64,000 bases of DNA, from contig OZ251992.1 in assembly GCA_965246885.1 (NCBI GenBank), positions 1,952,001 to 2,016,000 on the forward strand, given 5' to 3'. Shown here in pieces: positions 1 to 9,881 of the stretch. Positions within the stretch are counted from its first letter, which is position 1. The number at the start of each line of letters is the position of its first letter. Origin of the DNA: Abditibacterium sp. GTDB lineage: Bacteria > Armatimonadota > Abditibacteriia > Abditibacteriales > Abditibacteriaceae. The translations under genes and the position numbers were made by a program. Under the pieces are notes generated by a model. It searched no databases. It was given only the letters and a program-made list of their open reading frames with translations, and had not been told where the DNA came from.

Positions 1-983
1 TAGTGCTTTTCGAGAGCCATGTTCATGGTTTGCATCTTCCATTGCGGCCCGCCTTCCTTGATGGCTTGGTAGATTTGCCCGGTGCGGCCCTCCTCGATGT
101 ATTGCGCGACTGTCGGACTAACGTTGAGGATTTCCAAGGCGCAGGCGCGGCCTTTGCCGTCTACGGTGGGAACCAGCTTTTGCGACATGATGGCGCGCAG
201 GGCCTTGGCCATGCGTTGCTGGACGAGTTCCTTTTCGTGCGGCTGAAACATGGACAGGATGCGCTCCATTGATTCCGCCGCGCTGGGAGTGTGGAGCGTC
301 GAAAAGACCAAGTGACCGGTTTCGGCGGCTTGGAGGCAGATGCCCATCGTTTCGGCGTCGCGTAGTTCCCCCACGAGGATAACGTCCGGCGCTTCGCGTA
401 GCGCGGCGCGCAGAGCGGCGGCGAAGGACTTGGTGTCGAGGCCGACCTCGCGTTGCGAGACAAAGCAACCCCGGTCTTGGTAGACGTATTCGACGGGGTC
501 TTCGATGGTAACGATGTGCCCTTTGCGCTCGGCGTTGATGAGGTCGAGCATCGCCGCAAGCGTGGTGGACTTGCCCGAACCTGTTGCGCCCGTCACGATG
601 ACGAGGCCATCTTTATAGCGGGTAAAATCGGCCAGCACTTCGGGCAAGCCCAACTCGTCGAACTGGCGTATCTTCAGGTTCACGACGCGCAGCACAAGGC
701 CATAGCCGCCCTTGACTTTGTAGATGTTAACGCGAAAGCGCGCGACATCGGGGATGTTGTACGACACGTCGTGGTCGGGGTTGTCTTGGAACGCCTCGAA
801 CTTGGCGGGGGTCATGAAGCTCTTCACGACCGGCTCCAAGTCTTCGTGCGAAAGGGCGGGGTGGTCGAGTTTGCGCAGCGAGGAGTTGATCTTGACGGCG
901 GGCGAGGCGCCCTCTTTCAGGAAAATATCGGACGCGCCCGCTTGCGAGGCGAAGCGGCATAAGCCCTCGAAATCAAAAGCCAT
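1..983 (-). CDS. pilT: PilT/PilU-family type IV pilus retraction ATPase (3' end runs off the window)
   Basis: Translated by hand from the ATG at 983 (MAFDFEGLCRFASQAGASDIFLK). Walker A GATGSGKST, Asp box TIEDPVEY, ALREAPDVILVGELRD and His box AAETGHLVFSTLH. Absent from the ORF track because no stop lies inside the window. Confidence 0.93.
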   Translation of the reverse strand, partial: MAFDFEGLCRFASQAGASDIFLKEGASPAVKINSSLRKLDHPALSHEDLEPVVKSFMTPAKFEAFQDNPDHDVSYNIPDVARFRVNIYKVKGGYGLVLRVVNLKIRQFDELGLPEVLADFTRYKDGLVIVTGATGSGKSTTLAAMLDLINAERKGHIVTIEDPVEYVYQDRGCFVSQREVGLDTKSFAAALRAALREAPDVILVGELRDAETMGICLQAAETGHLVFSTLHTPSAAESMERILSMFQPHEKELVQQRMAKALRAIMSQKLVPTVDGKGRACALEILNVSPTVAQYIEEGRTGQIYQAIKEGGPQWKMQTMNMALEKH

Positions 984-1012
984 AATGAAGGTAGCAGTGT
1001 CCCAAACCGCGC

Positions 1013-1489
1013 TTACGAAGTGCCAGAAATGCGCCCGCGTTGCCAAGACAACCACGCACCCGCGCCGATAAGGGCGACCGAGAGTAGTGCCAATATCCAC
1101 GTGAGCGGGGAGTCAGGCGCATCGGCCAAGCGGACACCCGCCGCGAGCGCGCTTTGAAGGGTGAAGTGTTTAGCCAAAAGCGTCAAAAACGCGCAAAACC
1201 AGCCCGCGCCCGACAGGATAAGCCCCAAGTCAAACAAGGGCCGCACCCGAAGCGCGCCAAAGCCAAACCACAGCGCGAGGGCAAGCGGGATGGGCGTCAT
1301 TAAGACGTAAGCGCGTTCGGCGGGAACGCTTCCGCTCGCCAAGCCAAGGCCAGTCACGATGGAAAAGGTGAACAGGCCAGTCGCCAGAGCGATGAGGGCG
1401 TAGTTGAAGTTCGCTTCTTCGCGGACAGTGGGGCGCGGCGCGGGCGGGCGGGCGGGCGCACCGTTGGGATCGTTTGGCGCAAGCAACAC
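1013..1489 (-). CDS. Hypothetical membrane protein (about 4 TM helices)
   Basis: ORF with four hydrophobic segments that fills the gap co-directionally upstream of pilT. Confidence 0.7.
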   Translation of the reverse strand: MLLAPNDPNGAPARPPAPRPTVREEANFNYALIALATGLFTFSIVTGLGLASGSVPAERAYVLMTPIPLALALWFGFGALRVRPLFDLGLILSGAGWFCAFLTLLAKHFTLQSALAAGVRLADAPDSPLTWILALLSVALIGAGAWLSWQRGRISGTS

Positions 1490-1516
1490 GCTTTAATCTT
1501 AATCCAACTGGCGGAC

Positions 1517-1643
1517 GACTGCTTGCGAGCGAATCAATTCGCAGCCAGCGAGGTCGTCGGCCTTCGCCGACAAGGTGGCAACTACTGCGTCGGCGAAGGC
1601 CGACGACCTCGCTGGCTGCGAATTGATTCGCTCGCAAGCAGTC
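1517..1643. repeat. REP-like perfect inverted repeat (55-bp arms, 17-nt loop), family A
   Basis: Arms 1517-1571 and 1589-1643 are exact reverse complements. The core CGCAGCCAGCG...TCGGCCTTCGCCGA is shared with 41257-41362 and 53028-53137. Confidence 0.9.
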
Positions 1644-1655
1644 AGACTTCCCCTG

Positions 1656-2951
1656 ATGTTTCCCCGCGTCCTCCCCGCGTTTGTCCTGCTCCTTGCAGGG
1701 GTGCTACCGTCAGCCGCTCAGCCGCTCCCTGACCGTGCCCCGGTGCGCGGCGCGGTCGTGGACGAGGCGGGGCACCCTGTTGCGGCGGCGGTGCTCACCA
1801 TTCGGCGCCAAGACGACTCCGGTGTGGCGGCGTTCTGGGGCGGGGAAGCGCTCACGGGCGCAGATGGGCAGTTCGGCTTCCCGCGCGCCGAGGTCGGGCA
1901 CTATTTTGTGAACGTCGAAGCGCCGGGGTTCGCGCCGCTTTACAACTTTCCCCTCGACTGGGATGCCGCTTCACCGTCGCCGCGCCTCGAACTGCATCAC
2001 TTGACGCGGCTCACGTTGCGCGTCTTGGCGCCCGATGGAAACCCGCTCGTCGGGGCGCCGCTTTACATCCGCGCGCGGAGCGGAGAGGGCGCGCTCACGT
2101 CGGTGCGGCCCGTCACCGATGCGGCGGGGCAAGTGGCTTTGGCGGATTTGGCGCCCTCGACGTATTCCTTGGTCGTCGTGGCGCAAAGCGGGCTGGCGGT
2201 GAATAACGCGCTTGTCGTCGGGGCGGGAACGGCGCCCGCGCCCGTTGAAGTCAAACTCCGCGCGGGTGCATCGCTGCGGGTCACGGCTAAGGATGCCGAA
2301 GACATTCCGTTGGGCGGCGCGGCACTCATTCTATTCGCGCAAACCCCCGAAGAAGCGGCGCGCTTGGGCGGGCAGGGCGCTGACGCAAGCGACAACTGGG
2401 CCTCGGTCGCGGCGGGCGCGGCGCCGCAAGCGATTATAACCAGCGAGCACGAAGGCACCTTGACGCTGCCTCATCTGCCACCGGGCCACTACACGGCGCG
2501 GCTAACCCTCCCCGATTACGGCACGCAGTCGCGCGATGTGACGCTTTCGGAAGGCGCGCCGACGGTGTGGGAAGCGCACTTCGACGCCAAGTCGAGAACC
2601 CCTGTGACCTGCTTGATCGTGGATGGCGCGGGGAAGCCCGTTGCGAACACTTTTGTAGCGTTGCGGATGTTAGCGCTTTTGCCGGATGGGACGTTTGGCA
2701 CCCCTGCCCCCGACCCGAACACCCCGGCGGATGTCCCGCTCGACTCGGCCTCGAACGGCGCGCGCGTGGGGCGAACGGATGCGAAAGGGGTGTTGTCGCT
2801 GTACCCGGTGCACGCGGGCAAATACCGCGTGTGGGCGTCGCGTCCGACGCCAGACGCTTGGCTGCGCGCCCCGGTTGCACCCGAAGGCCCCCCGATTGAT
2901 GTGGTTATAGGCCCGAAGGGAACATACTACGCGCGTCTGCAAGTGCCATGA
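1656..2951 (+). CDS. Secreted protein with repeated carboxypeptidase-regulatory-like (prealbumin-fold) domains
   Basis: Signal peptide MFPRVLPAFVLLLAGVLPSAA and repeated G-x-V-x-D-x-x-G-x-P-V / TDAxG motifs. The upstream ORF extension lies inside the palindrome, so the start is placed at 1656. Confidence 0.75.
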   Translation: MFPRVLPAFVLLLAGVLPSAAQPLPDRAPVRGAVVDEAGHPVAAAVLTIRRQDDSGVAAFWGGEALTGADGQFGFPRAEVGHYFVNVEAPGFAPLYNFPLDWDAASPSPRLELHHLTRLTLRVLAPDGNPLVGAPLYIRARSGEGALTSVRPVTDAAGQVALADLAPSTYSLVVVAQSGLAVNNALVVGAGTAPAPVEVKLRAGASLRVTAKDAEDIPLGGAALILFAQTPEEAARLGGQGADASDNWASVAAGAAPQAIITSEHEGTLTLPHLPPGHYTARLTLPDYGTQSRDVTLSEGAPTVWEAHFDAKSRTPVTCLIVDGAGKPVANTFVALRMLALLPDGTFGTPAPDPNTPADVPLDSASNGARVGRTDAKGVLSLYPVHAGKYRVWASRPTPDAWLRAPVAPEGPPIDVVIGPKGTYYARLQVP

Positions 2952-3316
2952 AAACTCTCGCCATTCACAATCCCGCGCGCGGCAACACCCTCTGCCCCCG
3001 CGCCGCTCTCGCGGATAACTTCTGGACGCGCGGCAGGGGCTTATTGGGCCGCGCTTCGCTCGACCCCAATGAGGGCATTTTGCTCGTGCCGGGAAGTTCC
3101 ATCCACATGTTCGGCATGAAGTTCTCGCTCGATGTCGTGTTCCTCACCCAAGACCACATCGTGACCGACTTCGTCGAGAACATCGCCCCCGGCAAAGCCC
3201 ACATCGCCCGCTCTAACGCCGGAAAGCCGCATTCGGCTCTCGAACTGCCCGTTGGAAGTGTCGCACGGTGCGGCGTGCAACTGGGAGATCAGTTGGTGTT
3301 GGAGGAAGTCGCGTAG
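2948..3316 (+). CDS. DUF192 domain protein
   Basis: ADNFWTRGRGLLGR, SIHMFGMKFSLDVVFL and ALELPVG motifs; ATGA overlap with the previous gene. Confidence 0.88.
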   Translation: MKTLAIHNPARGNTLCPRAALADNFWTRGRGLLGRASLDPNEGILLVPGSSIHMFGMKFSLDVVFLTQDHIVTDFVENIAPGKAHIARSNAGKPHSALELPVGSVARCGVQLGDQLVLEEVA

Positions 3317-3337
3317 CGGGTTGGCGCGCTTTCCCTT

Positions 3338-4522
3338 ATGAAAATCGCCTTTTTCTGCGACGCTTACTTGCCCACGAAGAACGGCGTGGCGGCTTCGGCG
3401 CGCACGACCGCGCAGGAACTTCGCGCGCGCGGGCACCGCGTCGTCATCTACGCGCCGCGCTACCTCGACTACGAGGACGACGACCCCGATGTCGTGCGCT
3501 TCGCGTCCGGTCATTGGGCCAAAGCGCGCGATTACCCCGTCGCGTTTCCCTTTTTGTCGCGCGTCTCGCCCCGCACCGCTCTCCGGTTCGCCCGCGAAAA
3601 ATTCGACTTGGTGCATGTCCATTCCCCTTTCGTGTTGGGCAATCTGGGCGCGCACTGGGCGCAGTTCCACTACCTGCCGCTCGTGTGGACGTTCCACACC
3701 CTCTATCACCACTACGCCCACTACTCGGTCGCGCCGCCCGAAACCTCGCGGGCGTATATTTTGTGGCGCATCCAACGGATGCTCCACAAGTGCGACCGCG
3801 TCATTGCTCCGTCCAACGCCGTCGAGCGCGTGATCTTGCGCTTGTGGCCCGGAGCGCCCACGCGCGTGGTGCCAACGGGCGTGGACGTGCACCGCTTCGC
3901 GGACGGCGACCGCGCGCGCACGCGGCGCAAAGTCGGCATTAACGAGGGCGAAGTCGCGCTCTTGTATGTCGGGCGCTTGGCGTTGGAAAAGAACCTCGGC
4001 TTCCTTTTACGCAGCGTCGCGCCAGTCTTGAAGAACCATCCGGCGAAGTTGGTGTTGGTTGGGGGCGGCCCCACACTTGAAATTTTGCAGCGCCAAGCCG
4101 TCGCGCTGGGCATCGCGGAGCGCGTGGCATTTGTGGGCTTCATCGAGCCGGAGCAGATGAAGGACTACTACGCGATGGCAGATGTGTTTACCTTCGCCTC
4201 GCGCACCGAAACGCAGGGGCTGTCCATCGCGGAAGCGCTGTGCGCGGGGTTGCCGTGCGTGGTGGTGAACGCGATGGGCGCCGCCGAAGCCATCGAGCCG
4301 GGCGAGGATGGCTTTCTGGTGCCGCACCAAGAGCACCGCTTTCGCGCCGCCGTCGAGCAACTGGTGACGCAGCCCGAACTGCGCGCCCGCATGAGCGAGT
4401 GCGCCCGCGCCCGCGCGCCCCGCTTCTCGAAGGAGCGCCGGGTGGGGGAGTTGCTGGCGCTCTACGAGGAAGCCCAGTCCGAAGCGCGCGCCAAGAGCGT
4501 CGAAGATTTCGAGTTGGTGTGA
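3338..4522 (+). CDS. Glycosyltransferase family 4 (diacylglycerol glucosyltransferase-like)
   Basis: MKIAFFCDAYLPTKNGV start, YVGRLALEKN, and FASRTETQGLSIAEAL (EX7E). Confidence 0.9.
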   Translation: MKIAFFCDAYLPTKNGVAASARTTAQELRARGHRVVIYAPRYLDYEDDDPDVVRFASGHWAKARDYPVAFPFLSRVSPRTALRFAREKFDLVHVHSPFVLGNLGAHWAQFHYLPLVWTFHTLYHHYAHYSVAPPETSRAYILWRIQRMLHKCDRVIAPSNAVERVILRLWPGAPTRVVPTGVDVHRFADGDRARTRRKVGINEGEVALLYVGRLALEKNLGFLLRSVAPVLKNHPAKLVLVGGGPTLEILQRQAVALGIAERVAFVGFIEPEQMKDYYAMADVFTFASRTETQGLSIAEALCAGLPCVVVNAMGAAEAIEPGEDGFLVPHQEHRFRAAVEQLVTQPELRARMSECARARAPRFSKERRVGELLALYEEAQSEARAKSVEDFELV

Positions 4523-4530
4523 GTGGGCCG

Positions 4531-6438
4531 TTACCCCGTCTTGCGGCGCGTCCCAACCCACAGCGCGTTCCATGCGCCCAGCGCCAGAAGCGACACGAAC
4601 ACGCCCAGCCGGAACGATTCGGGCGCGTAGCCGCCGTCGCGGAAACCGGGCGCGAACGCTTCGCCGCCCACGCTTCCGATGGTGGTAGGCAGGGCGCGCT
4701 CATACACGGTGCAGCCATCGGCGCTCAGGACGGCGCGCGCGTCGGGCGGAGCGGGTGCGCCTGCGAGAGTGACGATGTAGCGCACGGCGAGCGAGTCGAG
4801 CAGGGTGGGCGAGGGCGTTTGAAGCAAAATCATGTTGCCGTTATATTGGGGCGAAGGGTCGCCGCTCCCATCGCCGGACGCGACGAATTTGCGGTAGTAG
4901 AGCAGCGAGAGGGAGTCGTAGCCGTTGATGTCGTGGATGCCATACACGCTCGCGCCGTTGGGCGGGAGGATGCCGGGTGGGTGCGTGCGCCCGCTTTCTC
5001 CCCGGAATCCCTCGGTGGGCAACCAGCCGCGCTTGTCGGTTTGGAACCAGACGCGGGCTTGGCGGTTGGAGTTGCGGGCGAGGAAGTCGGTCACTTGCGT
5101 GGCGGGATAAATGAGCGCGCGCGGAGCCGTCGGTTGCGAGGCGAAGGCGTTGGCGAAAAGTTCTAAGGCGACGACGGCCAAGGCGAGCGGCGCCACGAGT
5201 GGGGTCTGCAAGCGCGCACGGAGCCAGTCGAGGCCAAAGCCCGCGCACAGCGCGGCGCCCATGCTCCACAACACCAGCGCGCGCCCCGTGCCGCCCATCG
5301 CCGCCACGCCCGGAACGGCGAAGAAGAACAGTTTGGCGACGGGAGTAGCGAGCGCGTACAACAGGCCGAACACCATGAGCGTGAGGGCGTAATAACGCGG
5401 GCGCCGGTGCGACTTCGCGGCGCGCAGAGCGGGTATGGTTAAGAGCGCGAGCAAGCAGACGCCGACGCCGACATAACCGAAGTTCTCGCTGAGTGTGCCC
5501 CAGTTGAGCGGGTTTGGGACGGCGAGGGAGACGAGTTCATTGGGCGCTAAGGCGCGCTGCGCCACGAAGTCCCAGCCCCCCAGTGTTGCCGCGCCCGCCG
5601 CGACACGCGGGGAGTTCTTCGCCAACTCAAGTGTCGGCAGCAGTTGCAACGCGCCCAAGCACAGCGCGAAAAGGAGGGTGCCGATGCCCACCGCCAAGCC
5701 GCGCCAGGTGCGGCGCCCAAACGGTTGGCGCACCGCGAGCGCGAGCAGAATATAGAAGAACACTTGCGCGTGCCCCGCGAGCAGGGCGCATGCGAGACAC
5801 GCCGCAAGGCCAAGCGTCGAGCGCGTGGGCCGCGCGTCCTCGACGGCGCCCTCGTAAAAGAACAAACAAAGCGGCAGCCAGCACGCGGTTTGAAAGAGCG
5901 TCGGGAGCAGCGCCCACGAACTGAGGAACCCGCAAAAGGCGAACGCAGTCGCGCTCACAATAGCCGCCGCGCGCGACATGCCCCACCTGCGCGCGAGTAG
6001 GTAAGTGCCGCCCAAGGCCACGAGAGTCCCCAGCAGGGCCGAGACGCCGAATGCATAGGCGGTGTCGAACACCCAGAAAGGCCAGTTGAGCGGGTAAAAG
6101 ACCGCGCTTTGCGCGTTGGCGAGAAACGGGGTGCCGCCGAACTGGTAGGGGTTCCAGAGGGGAATGATGCCTTTGTGCAACTGCGTCGCGGCGAAGTGGC
6201 GCCAAGGGAAATACTGCGCGAGCGCGTCCCACTGCAAAATCGTCCAAGGCGCGCGCGCGTTGCCGCCGAACGGCGCAAAGCCGCCCAGCATCTCGCCCGG
6301 CAGCAACACGCGCCCGGTAAACAGCACCCGGCTCCAAAACGCGAGGGCGAGACAGAGGAAAATCGCGGCGACGCGCGCGCGGGGTTGGGCGGTGAAAGGT
6401 GAAGCGGCAGAATCGCGCGCGCGCGGGGAGATGGCCAT
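4531..6438 (-). CDS. YfhO-like multi-pass membrane protein (GT-C type)
   Basis: PLWNPYQFGGTPFLANAQSAVFYP motif, many TM helices and C-terminal YAPESFRLG. Start uncertain; 6438 chosen to avoid overlap with the GtrA gene. Confidence 0.8.
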   Translation of the reverse strand: MAISPRARDSAASPFTAQPRARVAAIFLCLALAFWSRVLFTGRVLLPGEMLGGFAPFGGNARAPWTILQWDALAQYFPWRHFAATQLHKGIIPLWNPYQFGGTPFLANAQSAVFYPLNWPFWVFDTAYAFGVSALLGTLVALGGTYLLARRWGMSRAAAIVSATAFAFCGFLSSWALLPTLFQTACWLPLCLFFYEGAVEDARPTRSTLGLAACLACALLAGHAQVFFYILLALAVRQPFGRRTWRGLAVGIGTLLFALCLGALQLLPTLELAKNSPRVAAGAATLGGWDFVAQRALAPNELVSLAVPNPLNWGTLSENFGYVGVGVCLLALLTIPALRAAKSHRRPRYYALTLMVFGLLYALATPVAKLFFFAVPGVAAMGGTGRALVLWSMGAALCAGFGLDWLRARLQTPLVAPLALAVVALELFANAFASQPTAPRALIYPATQVTDFLARNSNRQARVWFQTDKRGWLPTEGFRGESGRTHPPGILPPNGASVYGIHDINGYDSLSLLYYRKFVASGDGSGDPSPQYNGNMILLQTPSPTLLDSLAVRYIVTLAGAPAPPDARAVLSADGCTVYERALPTTIGSVGGEAFAPGFRDGGYAPESFRLGVFVSLLALGAWNALWVGTRRKTG

Positions 6439-6460
6439 ACTTTTGAAAGTTTGCATTTTT

Positions 6461-6928
6461 ATGAACCCGTCACCTCTACAACGGCTGCTTTCGGGCAGCT
6501 TTTTGAAGTTCTGCGTCGTCGGCGCGTCGTCCACCGTCATTGACAAAGCGATCTTCTACGCCCTCATGACGTTCGTGCCCGCTCTGCCTTGGTTCGTGTC
6601 GCAGTCCATCGCGTTCCTGTTTGGCGTCACTAACGGCTTCTTTTGGAATCGCTACTGGACGTTCAAATCGAATCAGCACGCTTCGATGGGCACCCAATAC
6701 CCGATATTCGTCGCCACCAACGTCGTCGGCCTCGCCCTCAACTTGCTGATTACCAAAGGGTTCCTCATCGCGTTCACCGGGCACGCCAAACACAACGCCC
6801 TCGCGGACAAGAACATTATCCTCTGCGCGTCCCTGTGCGCCATTCCCATTGTCGTCGTTTGGAACTTTTCCGCGTCGCGGCTGTGGACGTTCAGGGCCAG
6901 TGCGCCGACGAGCGAATCTTCCCGTTAA
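6461..6928 (+). CDS. GtrA family protein (lipid-linked sugar flippase-like)
   Basis: FLKFCVVGASSTVID, NGFFWNRYWTF and WNFSASRLWTF motifs; 4 TM helices. Confidence 0.88.
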   Translation: MNPSPLQRLLSGSFLKFCVVGASSTVIDKAIFYALMTFVPALPWFVSQSIAFLFGVTNGFFWNRYWTFKSNQHASMGTQYPIFVATNVVGLALNLLITKGFLIAFTGHAKHNALADKNIILCASLCAIPIVVVWNFSASRLWTFRASAPTSESSR

Positions 6929-7587
6929 TTGTCCGTCGCCAATGGGCCGTAGTTGGTGGCGGGAAGGGCGCCCATGTGCTTGGGCGGCCAGTATTTGAAC
7001 ACGACGCGTCCGATGATGTATTTTTCCGGGACGGGGCCGTTGTTGCGCGAGTCGTCGGAGTGGTTGCGGTTGTCGCCCATCACCCAATATTCGTCGTCGC
7101 CGAGTCGCTTCGGGAGCATCCCTTCGGAATCGGGCGCTTCAGGAAGGTAGTTCTGGTCTAAAACCTTGCCGTTGATGGACACCACGCCGCCGCGCATGGA
7201 GATGGTTTCGCCCGGTAATCCGATAATGCGCTTGACGAGCGTTTGGCCCTTGAAGCCGCTCACCACGCCGCTATCGCCCTCGGCTTCGCCCCCGCCTTCC
7301 CAATCGGGGGGCGTGTGAAACAGCACGACATCGCCGCGATTCCAATGGCGGCGCAACGCGAGGCGGTGGTTGACCACCATGAAATCGCCTTTGAAAAGCG
7401 TCTTTTCCATCGAACCCGACGTGACGACGGAGAACTCGAAGGCATAAAGCCGCAGGACGAGCACGAACGCCAATATAGTCAGGACGGTGGCGGCTGTGAC
7501 CCAAAAGCGGCGGGTGCGCTTGCGCTCCGCGTGTTGTGCGGGGGTGATCTTCTGTTGTTTCTTACCAAGTTCGAGTTCGATGGGCAC
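6925..7587 (-). CDS. lepB: Signal peptidase I
   Basis: SGSMEKTL (catalytic Ser), LVKRIIGLPGE (catalytic Lys) and VMGDNRNHSDDSR. Confidence 0.95.
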   Translation of the reverse strand: MPIELELGKKQQKITPAQHAERKRTRRFWVTAATVLTILAFVLVLRLYAFEFSVVTSGSMEKTLFKGDFMVVNHRLALRRHWNRGDVVLFHTPPDWEGGGEAEGDSGVVSGFKGQTLVKRIIGLPGETISMRGGVVSINGKVLDQNYLPEAPDSEGMLPKRLGDDEYWVMGDNRNHSDDSRNNGPVPEKYIIGRVVFKYWPPKHMGALPATNYGPLATDN

Positions 7588-7610
7588 GGTGTTCCTCGCT
7601 TTTTAACGCT

Positions 7611-8930
7611 TCACCCCAAACGGCGCCACTGCGCGCAAAACGCGCCGTCACAGCCAGAGGGATAAGGCGCAGTTTGCAAAAACCCCTCTCTCTCGTTGCC
7701 GAGAAGTTGTGGCAAGTGGAGGGGAAGGCGCTCCCAACCGGGGTGATGCGCCTCGAACCACCCCGCCTGCTCCGCGTTTTCTTCGGGTTCGAGCGAGCAG
7801 GTCGAGTAAAGCAGCACGCCGCCGACTTTCACCGTTTCTGCCGCCGCGTCCAGAAGCTCGCGCCCCAGCGTTACCAGTTGCGCCAACTGCGCGGGCGTTT
7901 TGCGCCACTTGGCGTCGGGGCGGCGGCGGAAGGTGCCTGTTCCCAAGCACGGCGCATCGAGCAATACCAAATCGGCGGCCACCGCGAGCGTCGGCGCTAA
8001 CTCTTGCCAATCGCCCGCGCGCGTCTCGATGTTGGGAAGGCGCAGGCGCCGCGCGTTTTGCGCCACTAATTCGAGCCGCTTCGCCGACGCATCGCACGCC
8101 AGCACCCGTGCCCCCGGCGCGCGCGCCGCCATGTGCGTCGCTTTGCCGCCCGGCGCGCTTGCGCAGTCTATGATTAACCCCCCGCCCGGAACCGCCGCGC
8201 TTGCCACCACCAATTGCGCCGCCTCGTCTTGCACCAGAAACAGCCCGTCGTCCCAACCCGGCAACCCTTCGGGCGACGAGACGCCACTCCCGAAACGCAC
8301 CCCGATGGGCGACAATGGCGTCGCGCGGGCGTCCAACCCCGCCTGTTGCAAGCGCGCCAGTAGTTCGTCGCGCGATACGCGCGTCTCGTTCGCCCGCACG
8401 TCGAAGGGCGCCCGCGCTTGATTAGCCTCAAGCAGCGCGCGCGTTTTTGCTTCGCCCCATCGCTCCAGATACCGCTCCACCAGCCACAACGGGTGCGCCC
8501 ACTCCGTCGCCAAGCGGAACGCGGCTTGTTTGGGAAGCGCACGCCAGTCGGGGGGCAGATGGCGAGCGAGCGCGTTGACAAACCCCGCCGCCGACGCGAC
8601 CTTGAAAGTGCGCATTAGCTCCGCGTAGTCGGTGCCGATAGCGTGTGGGGCGGTTCGCAATTCGAGGTGCTCCCACAACATCGCCCGCAAAGCCGCGCGC
8701 ACGGGCGCATCCAACTTGTCAAGCGGCTTTTGGCAGATAGGCGCGAGCGTCCAGTCAATTTTCGCTCGCCAGCGCCACACGCCCGCCGTCACTTCGCGCG
8801 CGAAGGGTCGCGCCGCGTCGTCCAACTCGCGCCAAGGCGGGGGCGCGAAATCGGGCTTTTCGGACGCCACGAGCGCGCGTATAATTTCGCGCCGCGCTTG
8901 GGTGCGGGGGTTGGAAAGCATGAGGGGCAC
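7611..8930 (-). CDS. rsmB: 16S rRNA m5C967 methyltransferase RsmB/Sun
   Basis: NusB-like N-terminus, VQDEAAQL, DCASAPGGKATH, LLDAPCLGTG and YSTCS; lies next to fmt and def. Confidence 0.92.
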   Translation of the reverse strand: MPLMLSNPRTQARREIIRALVASEKPDFAPPPWRELDDAARPFAREVTAGVWRWRAKIDWTLAPICQKPLDKLDAPVRAALRAMLWEHLELRTAPHAIGTDYAELMRTFKVASAAGFVNALARHLPPDWRALPKQAAFRLATEWAHPLWLVERYLERWGEAKTRALLEANQARAPFDVRANETRVSRDELLARLQQAGLDARATPLSPIGVRFGSGVSSPEGLPGWDDGLFLVQDEAAQLVVASAAVPGGGLIIDCASAPGGKATHMAARAPGARVLACDASAKRLELVAQNARRLRLPNIETRAGDWQELAPTLAVAADLVLLDAPCLGTGTFRRRPDAKWRKTPAQLAQLVTLGRELLDAAAETVKVGGVLLYSTCSLEPEENAEQAGWFEAHHPGWERLPLHLPQLLGNEREGFLQTAPYPSGCDGAFCAQWRRLG

Positions 8931-9851
8931 TTACAATCTTTCCCCGACTTCCAACCGCGCGCCGCGTGCCCAATCGCCCGCGCTCATCTTGGCTTTGCCG
9001 GGCGCTTGGACTTCCAATAAGCGCAGCGAATCGGCCCCCGCGCCGACCACGAGCGAGTCGCGTTCGATTTGAAGCAAGGCTCCCGGTGCGCCGCCTTGTT
9101 GCTCCACTTGCGCGCGGTAAACTTTGAGCGGCTCGCCCCGGAACTCGCACCACGCGACGGGCCAAGGGTTCATGGCGCGCACGGTATTATTCGCTTGGAC
9201 TGCGCCGCGCGCCCAATGAATCTGAGCGTCTTCGCGCTTGATTTGCGGGCAGAACGTAACAAGCGACTCATCCTGCGGCGTGCGCGGCGCGGTTCCGGCT
9301 TCGAGCAGGGCGAAGGTGTCGCCGAGCACGTCGGCGCCAAGCGTCGTGAGGCGCTCCAACAGTTCGCCGGAGGTTTCGCCGTCTTGGATGGGCACTTCGA
9401 GTTGTTGAATCACATCGCCCGCGTCGAGTTTGGCCGCCATCCACTGCGTCGTCACGCCGGTCATGGGGTCGCCGTGCCACAGCGCGTATTGCACCGGCGC
9501 CGCGCCGCGCCAACGCGGAAGCAGCGAGAAGTGCAGGTTGACGCACCCTTTGGGCGCCATTTCGAGAACTGCGTCGGGCAGGATTTGCCCATACGCGACG
9601 ACCGCCATCGCTTCGACGCCGAAGCCGCGCAGTTCTTCAATGAACTCCGCGCTCCGCGCGCGTTCGGGCTGCAAGACCACGATGCCCCGCGCCAGCGCCC
9701 ACTTCTTGATGGGCGAGCTTAAAACTTCCCTGCCGCCGCGTCCACCCATTTTATCGGGTTGCGTAACAACGACCGCGACTTCGTGGCGCAACGCTAAAGA
9801 TTCCAAGCATACGAGCGCAAGCGCGGGCGTGCCCATAAAAGCGATTTTCAT
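8931..9851 (-). CDS. fmt: Methionyl-tRNA formyltransferase
   Basis: MKIAFMGTP, NLHFSLLPRWRGAAPVQ and LDAGD. Confidence 0.97.
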   Translation of the reverse strand: MKIAFMGTPALALVCLESLALRHEVAVVVTQPDKMGGRGGREVLSSPIKKWALARGIVVLQPERARSAEFIEELRGFGVEAMAVVAYGQILPDAVLEMAPKGCVNLHFSLLPRWRGAAPVQYALWHGDPMTGVTTQWMAAKLDAGDVIQQLEVPIQDGETSGELLERLTTLGADVLGDTFALLEAGTAPRTPQDESLVTFCPQIKREDAQIHWARGAVQANNTVRAMNPWPVAWCEFRGEPLKVYRAQVEQQGGAPGALLQIERDSLVVGAGADSLRLLEVQAPGKAKMSAGDWARGARLEVGERL

Positions 9852-9881
9852 AACGGAAGCTGAAAGTGTGGCGGCTGCCCT

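Noticed and set aside
1230..1732. Two ORFs with identical N-termini MRANQFAASEVVGLRR on opposite strands
   Set aside because: Artefact of the perfect 55-bp inverted repeat; the same applies to MEVRRAL at 15687 and within 15023-15664.
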